This document shows, piece after piece, positions 48,853-56,539 of a stretch of 64,000 nt of DNA; the stretch's first letter is position 1; each line of letters opens with the position of its first letter. The notes under the pieces were generated by a model. That model did no database searches. It was given only the letters and a program-made list of their open reading frames with translations, and had not been told where the DNA came from. Where the stretch lies: NCBI GenBank assembly GCA_002418285.1, contig DIDT01000037.1:37491-101490 (forward strand). The letters run 5' to 3'. The position numbers were made by a program, and so were the translations under genes. Source of the DNA: Phycisphaerales bacterium UBA5793 (GTDB lineage: Bacteria; Planctomycetota; Phycisphaerae; Phycisphaerales; UBA5793).

Positions 48853-50297
48853 GAAGTCTCATGCTGCTTTGTATCGGAACTGTGGCGTTGGCGACAACCG
48901 GAAGCGCGGCATGGGGCCAGGCGTTCGGGCTGCCCGAATTGAGCAAGGAGTCCCGCGCGTGCATCGCATGCCACAAGATGGAGAGCACCGGCCTGTACCA
49001 GCAATGGGGCGACAGCAAGCACTTCCGCGGTAACGTCGGTTGCTTCGAATGCCATTCGGCCGACAAGAGCGACCCCGACGCCATGGAGCACGAAGGGCAG
49101 TGGATCGCCATCCTCGTCACGCCCAAGGACTGCTCCCGCTGCCACGGCAAAGAGGCCGAAGAGTTCCAGGGCAGCCACCATGCCAAGGGTGGTCGCATCC
49201 TCGGCTCGCTCGACAATCGGCTGGCCGAAGTCGTCGAAGGCAACAGCGCCTTTGTCACCATGGCGTTCCCGAATGGCAACAGCGCCGCAGCCGTCAGCGG
49301 CTGCTGGCAGTGCCACGGCACCGAAGTCAAGGTGCTCCCGAACGGTGAACTCGACCCGGCCACCTGGCCCAACACCGGCATCGGCCGCCTCAACCCCGAT
49401 GGTTCCGAAGGTTCCTGCGCTGCCTGCCACAGTCGCCACTCCTTCTCCGCCGCTCAGGCTCGTCACCCGGACACCTGCGGCAAGTGCCACCTTGGACCGG
49501 ACCATCCGCAGAAGGAAATCTACGAGGAGTCGAAACACGGCATCGCATTCTTCTCCAACATCGATGAGATGAACCTCGATGCGGAGAAGTGGATCGTCGG
49601 CGAAGACTACTTCAAGGCACCCACCTGCGCCACCTGTCACATGAGCGCGACCAAGGATCAGGATGTCACTCACGATATCGGCATGCGCATCAGTTGGAAC
49701 AATCGCCCGGTGCTGTCGATTCGCCCCGAAGTGGCTGACGCGAAGATGGGTCTGCCGGGTCAGAATGTGAACTGGGAAAGCCGCCGCGACAATATGAAAA
49801 ACGTCTGCCTCAACTGCCACAACCAGAACTGGGTGGACGGCTTCTACACCCAGTATGACGGTCTCATCGAGTTGTACAATGAGAAGTACGGCAAGCCCGG
49901 CGCCGCTCTGTATGCCCTGGCGCAGCCGCTGCTCAAGCCGGAAACCTTCTCGAACAAGATCGACTTCACCTGGTTCGAATTGTGGCATCACGAAGGGCGC
50001 CGCGCCCGCCACGGCGCCTCCATGATGGGACCGGACTACACCCACTGGCACGGCACCTACGAACTGGCGCGCAACTTCTACTCCGAGTACGTGCCCGAGC
50101 TCGAAGAACTCGTGCATCAGGGTCGCGCTTCAAATGACCCCGCCAAGCAGAAGGCTGCTGAAGCGCTGGCCGCGAAACTCGATGAAGTGCTCAACAGCAC
50201 TGACCACCGGTGGTATCTTGGCAAGATGGATCCCGAAGAAGAAGCCCGCCGCAAGGCCGCCGCAGAAGAGTTCCAGAACCGGTACAACCAGAAGTAA
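48849..50297 (+). CDS. Periplasmic octahaem cytochrome c, hydroxylamine-oxidoreductase (HAO) family-like
   Basis: 482 aa with the signal peptide 'MRSLMLLCIGTVALATTGSAAWG'. Eight CxxCH motifs start at C38, C65, C95, C152, C190, C210, C260 and C320. 'GSCAACHSRHSFS', 'CGKCHLGPDHPQKEIYEESKHG' and 'FELWHHEGRRARHGASMMGPDY' resemble the HAO/octahaem family from memory. This was not verified by search. Confidence 0.8.
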   Translation: MRSLMLLCIGTVALATTGSAAWGQAFGLPELSKESRACIACHKMESTGLYQQWGDSKHFRGNVGCFECHSADKSDPDAMEHEGQWIAILVTPKDCSRCHGKEAEEFQGSHHAKGGRILGSLDNRLAEVVEGNSAFVTMAFPNGNSAAAVSGCWQCHGTEVKVLPNGELDPATWPNTGIGRLNPDGSEGSCAACHSRHSFSAAQARHPDTCGKCHLGPDHPQKEIYEESKHGIAFFSNIDEMNLDAEKWIVGEDYFKAPTCATCHMSATKDQDVTHDIGMRISWNNRPVLSIRPEVADAKMGLPGQNVNWESRRDNMKNVCLNCHNQNWVDGFYTQYDGLIELYNEKYGKPGAALYALAQPLLKPETFSNKIDFTWFELWHHEGRRARHGASMMGPDYTHWHGTYELARNFYSEYVPELEELVHQGRASNDPAKQKAAEALAAKLDEVLNSTDHRWYLGKMDPEEEARRKAAAEEFQNRYNQK

Positions 50298-50310
50298 CGG
50301 GACTCAACGC

Positions 50311-50751
50311 ATGGGACGGAAACTCACCGAAGAAGACGGACGCACCGCACTGCGTGATCACATCGTCGAACGAGCGGCGCAGGCCCGAATCAAGTACGGC
50401 TTGTACATTGACGGCGAGGCGATCACGCGCATGCTCGATGACCGGCAGGTCACGCGCTACCCGTGCGGCGTCCGCTTCGACGCCACTGCGCTCATGCCCG
50501 GCGAGTTCGCGCACGCTCAGCCCCTTGGCGATCGCCCCAGCGACGGTTATTGCCTGTTCGTGCATCCGGCTCTTGAGAGCGAGGCTGATCTCTGGCCGCT
50601 CGTAATGGCCTATCACATCGTCAGCATCAACTACGGCGAAATCGCCACCGGCGACGAAGCCGAACTCTTCGGCGCCACTCTCCTCGGGCTCGAGATCGAA
50701 GACTACTACCAGGCACTGTGTGAGATATCCGACCATCTGCCGCGCGGTTAG
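50311..50751 (+). CDS. Hypothetical cytoplasmic protein (146 aa), last gene of the cytochrome operon
   Basis: ATG 50311 lies 13 nt after the octahaem stop. Third-position GC bias is strong, there is no signal peptide or TM helix, and the protein is acidic. I recognise no motif. Confidence 0.55.
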   Translation: MGRKLTEEDGRTALRDHIVERAAQARIKYGLYIDGEAITRMLDDRQVTRYPCGVRFDATALMPGEFAHAQPLGDRPSDGYCLFVHPALESEADLWPLVMAYHIVSINYGEIATGDEAELFGATLLGLEIEDYYQALCEISDHLPRG

Positions 50752-50757
50752 TGCCGA

Positions 50758-51582
50758 TCAGTCCGCACACGAATCCACCCACGCCCGGTCCTTCTCGTAA
50801 CCGAGATCGATCAGCGTGGGTCCGGCGTACTTGTCAAAGACCTGCGCCGCCTCACGCGTAAAGTGGTTCTTCCAGTCGCCCGCTACGCCTTTGCGCAGGA
50901 ACGAGCCGCGGTCTTCTTCGCCGCGTTGTCGTCCCGCCATACGATTGAACGAGTAGCGATCGACTGTCGACTGAAGTCGTTCGAGATTAACCGCTTCATC
51001 GACAAACTGCCCGATGCACCGCGCCAGCGTTTCCACCGGTGTCGCCAGCAGTTCCTCGTAGGACAGATAGGCCACTTGCTCATGTCGCGGCGAGCACCAT
51101 TGACCGATGTGGGTCGGCCAGTTGATCCGCGCGTTCATCGGCTTGCGCATCTCCAGTTCGATGAAAGCCGGCAGATGCTTGCGAACGTCTTCCGGATTGA
51201 ACCCCGCTCCGAACGCCACGTCGTACCGCTGCCGCATCCGCCGATTGAATGGCGTTTCCGGCTTCTGCTGCATGTTGCGCATCCGGTAGAAGTAAAACGA
51301 CACCATCACATCACGACCGTCGCGGTACAGGTAGAAACACCGTCGCAGTTGGGCGCTGTACATCCAGTGATTGTGGATCACGCACTGGCACCCCATGGGC
51401 ATCACCGAATACTGCGGCATGGGAATATCGAGATAGTCCGACACCATCCTGCTCAGCCACGTACCCCCGGCCTTCGGGTACTCGCAGACATACCAGAATG
51501 GGAACGTCTCGCCCCAGTGCATCCCGATGAACTTGGTGCTCTTGTTGGCGAAGCGCTGGAGTTGTTCGCGGATAAAGGCCAT
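50758..51582 (-). CDS. Sulfotransferase (Sulfotransfer_1-like, cytosolic-SULT-type motifs) (3 of 3)
   Basis: The 5'-PSB motif is 'YPKAGGTWLSRMV', the 3'-PB motif is 'FYLYRDGRDVMVSFY', and the C-terminal 'FLRKGVAGDWKNHFT' is the RKGxxGDWKNxFT motif of the SULT family. Confidence 0.85.
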   Translation of the reverse strand: MAFIREQLQRFANKSTKFIGMHWGETFPFWYVCEYPKAGGTWLSRMVSDYLDIPMPQYSVMPMGCQCVIHNHWMYSAQLRRCFYLYRDGRDVMVSFYFYRMRNMQQKPETPFNRRMRQRYDVAFGAGFNPEDVRKHLPAFIELEMRKPMNARINWPTHIGQWCSPRHEQVAYLSYEELLATPVETLARCIGQFVDEAVNLERLQSTVDRYSFNRMAGRQRGEEDRGSFLRKGVAGDWKNHFTREAAQVFDKYAGPTLIDLGYEKDRAWVDSCAD

Positions 51583-51612
51583 AGGGTGGATTCTCTTAGC
51601 GCGCCAAACCGA

Positions 51613-52779
51613 TCAAGGCGAGGGTTCAGTCGTTACGCCGACGCAGACCTGAGCATACATCGAGTCAATCTCGGCCGCGATCGCATCCCATCGAAAAGTC
51701 TGGACCACCCACGGCCGCGCTGCAGCCGCCATCTGGTCCATCCTGGCGCGATCCGCCAGCAGCGCCGTCAGCCTCAGGGCCAGCGGTTCGACATGACAGG
51801 GAACGACTTCCCCCACTCCCGCCGCTGCCACTTCCCGGTGAATGTTCACCTGATCGGAAATCAGCACCGGCGTGCCGACCCCCAGCGCCTCGATCACCGA
51901 CACGCCGAAGTTCTCCTGATAGCTCGGCAGACAGAACAGATCCGCGTCGCGCAGCGCCTCCAGCCGCGACAGGCCCGACAACATCCCTGTAATGACCACG
52001 CGATCGCCGATTCCCAGTCGCGCTGCTTCGCATCGCAACTGCTCAACGTACGAAGTCTCGCCCGGACCAACGATCGCCAGCATCGCCATCCGGTCGGGCA
52101 CGCGTGAAAAGGCGGGCAACAGCAGATCCAGCCCCTTCTTGTGATGCACGCGACTGAGAAACACGACCAGCGTCCTATCCCCGATGCCATACCTGGCGCG
52201 AAACACACCTCGATCAGGCAGGGTCTCAAACTCCCCCCAATCCAGACCGTTGGGAATGACATACGCGCGCGGCGTCAATCGCATTGGCGCCACGAGTTGC
52301 TTCTCCGTCGCCGTCGTGTAGTGCAAAGCCGCAGCGCGATTCAAGTCGCGCTTGCCGACCAGAGCGAGAAACACCTTCTTCTTCAGCCGCCCCTGGTTGA
52401 GCGACCATGGGTCAAGCATGCCGCACGGTCGAAAGATGTACGGCACACCCGCCTTGCGTGCTTTGGCCGCAGCACAGTGCGGCGCATGCTGCCACAGGCC
52501 GTGAATATGCACGACATCAATTCCCGCCGCAAGTCGCGCCTCCACTCGCTCCGCAGTGTGTGCTCCCTTGGCGAACGGACCGCGCATCGGCCCCGCCGCA
52601 TCAAGCGTCGCGCCGCCCAGATGACCCGTCAGAGATTGCACTGCAGCAGGTTCATCTGCGGTGATGACCTGCACGTCGTGACCGCCCTGCTCAGCCTGCA
52701 CGCGCGCCAGGCGAGCCAGTACGTTGGCAGGGCCGCCCGTACTCGGGTCGATCGAAGTGCAAACGTGAAGAACACGCAT
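51613..52779 (-). CDS. GT4-family (GT-B fold) glycosyltransferase
   Basis: 'MRVLHVCTSIDPSTGGPANV' is a typical GT4 N-terminus. The C-terminal E-x7-E region is 'LPSYQENFGVSVIEALGVGTPVLISD'. Confidence 0.85.
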   Translation of the reverse strand: MRVLHVCTSIDPSTGGPANVLARLARVQAEQGGHDVQVITADEPAAVQSLTGHLGGATLDAAGPMRGPFAKGAHTAERVEARLAAGIDVVHIHGLWQHAPHCAAAKARKAGVPYIFRPCGMLDPWSLNQGRLKKKVFLALVGKRDLNRAAALHYTTATEKQLVAPMRLTPRAYVIPNGLDWGEFETLPDRGVFRARYGIGDRTLVVFLSRVHHKKGLDLLLPAFSRVPDRMAMLAIVGPGETSYVEQLRCEAARLGIGDRVVITGMLSGLSRLEALRDADLFCLPSYQENFGVSVIEALGVGTPVLISDQVNIHREVAAAGVGEVVPCHVEPLALRLTALLADRARMDQMAAAARPWVVQTFRWDAIAAEIDSMYAQVCVGVTTEPSP

Positions 52780-52791
52780 GGTTACCAGTCT

Positions 52792-53886
52792 CTATCGGCC
52801 ATCTCCGCCTGCTCCGCCGACTGGCGCCGACGGAACCGACAGGGTCACCAGGCTCGGCCGGTGATCCGAACCGATGTCACCCACCACCTCCCGGGAAACG
52901 AACTGCACGTCCGGCGACACCCACACGCGGTCAATCGTCAGTCGCAGCGGCCCCGGCCAATCACTCGGCCAGGTGCCGGTCAACCCACCCAGTACGTCCG
53001 ACGGCGCCAAGCCACTTCGCTTGAGCATGATCCCGTGTCGATAGCCGCTGGGAGTACTGTTGAAATCCCCTGCCAGAATCACGGGCACGCCCGTCGCAAG
53101 AAGTTGACCCCTGCACACCTCCGCGAGCAGGGAGGTCCACTCGTTGCCCCGCTGCCAGGAGGCGGCTTCGCGCGGGCTTGGCGGATGCATCGCCGAGATC
53201 AGGTACCGGCCCTCCGGCGCATCAATAAAGCATGAACGGCGAAACGCAAAGATATGCATGTACCGATCCAGATCGCCATCGAAGCGCAGTCGATGCAACG
53301 GGTCGCGGCTGAGCATCACATCACGCCACAGCATCCCCGGTTCCGGGCCGATCGCAAACGGTAGGTTCGCCTTGACGATCGGATTCTCCGTGAGGTATCC
53401 CTCGAGCCCCGGCGGAACCTCAATAGCGACCACCACGTCAGGCTGGATCTGATCGATCATGGCGATCAACCCATCGAGCGCGCGCTGAGAGCCGTGAACG
53501 TTGGCCTCCAGCACCCGCACGAGGTGCTGCCCGGCCGGCGCAGCGGCCGTTCCGCCCCGATGCGGCAGCAGCATCCATCGCACTGGCCACACCGCAATGA
53601 TCGCGGTGACAAAAATCACCAGCGACGCCGACTTACACCGCCCGAGCAGCGTCACCACCAGCGTAAGCAAAGCCGGAATGGCGACAAAGTAACTCACGTT
53701 GCCAAGCAGATCGATCGGCCACGCCCAAGCGGCAAAGAACCGGCTGACCCCGATCAGCGCCAGCAACATGATCCACAGCCACCCCAAGGCTGCCGCCACC
53801 CGTCGGCACATCGATCTGTGGGACTTGCCGTTGCCGACGCTCGGCCTCGATCCGTGTTGTGCTACTTCCTCTTGACGGTCAGCCAC
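52792..53886 (-). CDS. Membrane-anchored endonuclease/exonuclease/phosphatase (EEP) family protein
   Basis: N-terminal TM helices are followed by EEP motifs: 'RVLEANVH', 'DVVVAIEV', 'ILAGDFNSTP' and 'VVGDIGSDHRPSLV'. Confidence 0.75.
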   Translation of the reverse strand: MADRQEEVAQHGSRPSVGNGKSHRSMCRRVAAALGWLWIMLLALIGVSRFFAAWAWPIDLLGNVSYFVAIPALLTLVVTLLGRCKSASLVIFVTAIIAVWPVRWMLLPHRGGTAAAPAGQHLVRVLEANVHGSQRALDGLIAMIDQIQPDVVVAIEVPPGLEGYLTENPIVKANLPFAIGPEPGMLWRDVMLSRDPLHRLRFDGDLDRYMHIFAFRRSCFIDAPEGRYLISAMHPPSPREAASWQRGNEWTSLLAEVCRGQLLATGVPVILAGDFNSTPSGYRHGIMLKRSGLAPSDVLGGLTGTWPSDWPGPLRLTIDRVWVSPDVQFVSREVVGDIGSDHRPSLVTLSVPSAPVGGAGGDGR

Positions 53887-54710
53887 GCCAGATGATTGAC
53901 CGGTCCATTGCCCTGGCCAATGTTGATGTTCTGACGAATCGCCTCACTGACGATGTTCTTGGCCTGCTCGACGGCGTCGTTGAGCGGCTTGCCCTGCGTC
54001 AATCCACCCGCAATCGCCGCGGCGAAGGTGCATCCGGCCCCATGCGTGTTACCGCCCTGGCGCTTCTCTCCCACCAGTTCGATCGTCTCCTCGCCGGTCC
54101 AGAAAGCATCGACGGATTCAGGCGGGCTGTCCGGTGCCGGACCCGGACGCTCAAATCCCGTCACGATCGCCGCGTGGCAGCCGAACTTTTTGGCGATCTG
54201 CTTGGCGGCCGCCATACCCTCGGCAATCGTGTTGCAATTCTGGCCACCCAGCAGGCGGGCCGCTTCGACGCGATTGGGTGTCACCACTGCGGCAAACTTG
54301 AACAGCTTCTCTGCCACGGCTCGGGCCACGGCGTCATCCACCAGCTTCGCGCCCGACTTGCTCACCATCACCGGGTCCACGACGAGCGGCTGCAACTGAT
54401 GTCGCTTAACGGCCTTGGCGACGGCGTCCGCCACCGCGATCGTGCCGATCATCCCCGTGACGGTCGATTGGCAGTTGATATCCCCGACCACCGCTTCGAT
54501 CTGCGCCTCCACCAGGTCAGCGGCGACGTTCTCGATGCGCTGCACACCGCGGGTGCTCTGTGCCGTGATCGCTGTCACCACCGAGCAGCCAAACACGTTC
54601 ATTGCAGCCCAAGTCTTAAGATGTGCCTGTAACCCGGCGCCGCCGCTGCTGTCGCTGCCCGCAATGGAAAGCGCCGCCTTCATTCCCGGTGTGGTGCGTT
54701 CTTCGGCCAC
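53862..54710 (-). CDS. thiD: Hydroxymethylpyrimidine/phosphomethylpyrimidine kinase
   Basis: 'ALSIAGSDSSGGAGLQAHLKTWAAMNVFGCSVVTAITAQST', 'VVDPVMVSKSG', 'VVTPNRVEA' and 'GNTHGAGCTFAAAIAG' are the ThiD signature. The start is GTG 54710 (SD 'AGGAGAG') or ATG 54683. Confidence 0.9.
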   Translation of the reverse strand: MAEERTTPGMKAALSIAGSDSSGGAGLQAHLKTWAAMNVFGCSVVTAITAQSTRGVQRIENVAADLVEAQIEAVVGDINCQSTVTGMIGTIAVADAVAKAVKRHQLQPLVVDPVMVSKSGAKLVDDAVARAVAEKLFKFAAVVTPNRVEAARLLGGQNCNTIAEGMAAAKQIAKKFGCHAAIVTGFERPGPAPDSPPESVDAFWTGEETIELVGEKRQGGNTHGAGCTFAAAIAGGLTQGKPLNDAVEQAKNIVSEAIRQNINIGQGNGPVNHLAWLTVKRK

Positions 54711-54842
54711 GGTGCGTTCTCTCCTGGATCAGGGACATGCAACGGCGCCGCCGCGCGTCATCAATGTGGACCGGCAAGATAGGCGCGATCGCTCGCCCTG
54801 AAAAGGGCGGTAGAGCCTGTCAATGCAGATCGGCGGGCTCCA

Positions 54843-55436
54843 TCATCGCTCGGGCGCGTCGCCGCGACGACGCTGGACGTAGTCGAGCACCACGGGAATG
54901 TACCCGTCGTTGCGCAACCCGACCTCCCGCGCCTCGGCCAGCGCGCGCTCTTCGCCATAACCATTCTTGAGCATGCGCCACGCCATCCACACGGCTCCAA
55001 CACGATTACCCGATGCGCAGTGCACCAGCAGCGGCCGCTGGCCACTCTCTATCACATGCAAGGACTCGTCGAGCACCTCGTCCGTCAGTTGTTCCGGACC
55101 ACCACAGGGCACGTTCTGGTACGCCACGCCGAGTTCATCAAGTTGCCTGGCTTCGTCGAAGCCGCGGTTTTCGCTTTCGCGGCGCAGATCGAGAACGGTT
55201 CGAATACCCGGATAGCGTGCCGCGGCCGCAAGATCCGCGCGCGTTGGCTGAGCACCAAGGTACACCGTCTTGTCCGCCAGCGTCATGGGTTGCGCGCCAA
55301 GGGTTGTGGCCCGCACTTCGTACGTTCCGGACGTTGCTTCGGTGCTTCGCTCACCAGTCGTGAACTGACAGGCGACCAACGTCAACGCTGCCGCGAGCAA
55401 AAGAACAATGCAGACGGAAAACACTCGCATCATCAA
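54843..55436 (-). CDS. Lipoprotein with protein-tyrosine-phosphatase-like Cys-loop (DUF442/DSP-like phosphatase)
   Basis: The lipobox signal is 'MMMRVFSVCIVLLLAAALTLVAC'. The P-loop is 'LLVHCASGNRVGAVW' (HCxxGxR). The start overlaps the queG stop. Confidence 0.65.
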   Translation of the reverse strand: MMMRVFSVCIVLLLAAALTLVACQFTTGERSTEATSGTYEVRATTLGAQPMTLADKTVYLGAQPTRADLAAAARYPGIRTVLDLRRESENRGFDEARQLDELGVAYQNVPCGGPEQLTDEVLDESLHVIESGQRPLLVHCASGNRVGAVWMAWRMLKNGYGEERALAEAREVGLRNDGYIPVVLDYVQRRRGDAPER

Positions 55437-56539
55437 AGGTCCTTCCGAGCAATAGGCTCGACTCGCCGCAACACTTCCCGGGCCGTCGCTCTCACGACTT
55501 CGTGCTCGCCCGGGTCGTCCGCGAGGTCTGCTATTCTATTGTGCAAAGCCGCATCGCTCTGCCCCGCCAGCCAGTTTCCCGCCGCAATTAGGGCATTTCG
55601 CTTCATCATCCACAGCTTCGCCCGCTTCATGGCCGAGCGGCTGAATGCCGCAATCCGGTCTTCCTCGCGCCAGTTCAGGATCTCAAGCAGGTCGAACCCT
55701 GAATTGCGTGCCGCGTACACCCCGCGTATCGCCGCGATCTCGGTGCGCGGCGTCGGCCCATTGTGCGGGCACACCTCCTGGCAGATGTCGCACCCGAAGA
55801 TCCAGTCGCCAATCGCTTCGTGAAACTGCTCGTCAATCGAGCCGCGCAACTCGATGGTGTGATAACTGATGCACCGCGTCGCATCGACCGACCACGGCGC
55901 GATGGCATCGGTCGGACACGCATCGATGCATCGCGTGCATGTGCCGCAGTGGTCGCCATGCCGCTGCGCATTGACCTCAAGTGGAAGCGTGGTCAGGATC
56001 TCGCCGAGCAGCAGGTAGCTGCCCACGCCCGGCTCGATGAGCATGGTGTTCTTGCCCACGTACCCGATTCCCGCGCGCTGGGCATGCTCCCGCTCCAGTA
56101 CGGGGGCGGTATCCACACATGCAACGAATCGATGGCCGGGAAACTCGCCGGCGAGTGCATCGCACAGCACGTGCAGACGATCCTTTATGACCCGATGATA
56201 ATCGTCCCCGCGCGCGTAGCGGGCAATGCGGCCCATTCGTGCAACCGGGCTCGCACTCGCGCTCGCCGCCGAGGCGTAGCGATCGGCCACGCAGATGATT
56301 GACTTCGCGTCAACGAGCTTCTTGCGAGGATCGATGCGCTGCGCAAGATGCTCCTCGAGATAGGCCATCTCGCCGTGCCGCCCGGCCTCCAGCCACTCGA
56401 TCAATTCACGGTGGCGCTCAACCGGCGCCGCCGGGGCAACACCGCTGTGCGCAAATCCCAACTGAGCGCACTGGTCCAGCACGCGCTGTGCAGCCTGAAC
56501 GCCGTCCACGGGCGCGGGTGGCGCATCCATGATGCTCAA
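55433..56539 (-). CDS. queG: tRNA epoxyqueuosine(34) reductase
   Basis: 'YARGDDYH', 'RAGIGYVGKNTMLI', the two ferredoxin motifs 'CGTCTRCIDACPTDAI' and 'CDICQEVCPHN', and the C-terminal HEAT-like part fit QueG. Confidence 0.9.
   Translation of the reverse strand: MSIMDAPPAPVDGVQAAQRVLDQCAQLGFAHSGVAPAAPVERHRELIEWLEAGRHGEMAYLEEHLAQRIDPRKKLVDAKSIICVADRYASAASASASPVARMGRIARYARGDDYHRVIKDRLHVLCDALAGEFPGHRFVACVDTAPVLEREHAQRAGIGYVGKNTMLIEPGVGSYLLLGEILTTLPLEVNAQRHGDHCGTCTRCIDACPTDAIAPWSVDATRCISYHTIELRGSIDEQFHEAIGDWIFGCDICQEVCPHNGPTPRTEIAAIRGVYAARNSGFDLLEILNWREEDRIAAFSRSAMKRAKLWMMKRNALIAAGNWLAGQSDAALHNRIADLADDPGEHEVVRATAREVLRRVEPIARKDL

Noticed and set aside
48540-50117. 525-aa ORF on the minus strand
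   Set aside because: It is fully antisense to the octahaem cytochrome gene, whose frame carries a signal peptide and eight CxxCH motifs. The antisense product is Ala/Gly/Val/Arg-rich with no motifs, a typical high-GC shadow ORF.
50863-52107. 414-aa plus-strand ORF (also 52141..53235, 364 aa)
   Set aside because: These are antisense to the sulfotransferase, GT4 and EEP genes, which carry clear family motifs.
54711-54842. Possible TPP riboswitch upstream of thiD
   Set aside because: The minus-strand leader contains 'CCTGATCCAGGAGAG'. It lacks the conserved 'CTGAGA' box and the 'ACCTGATCTGGATAATGCCAGCG' architecture. The similarity is explained by the SD sequence.
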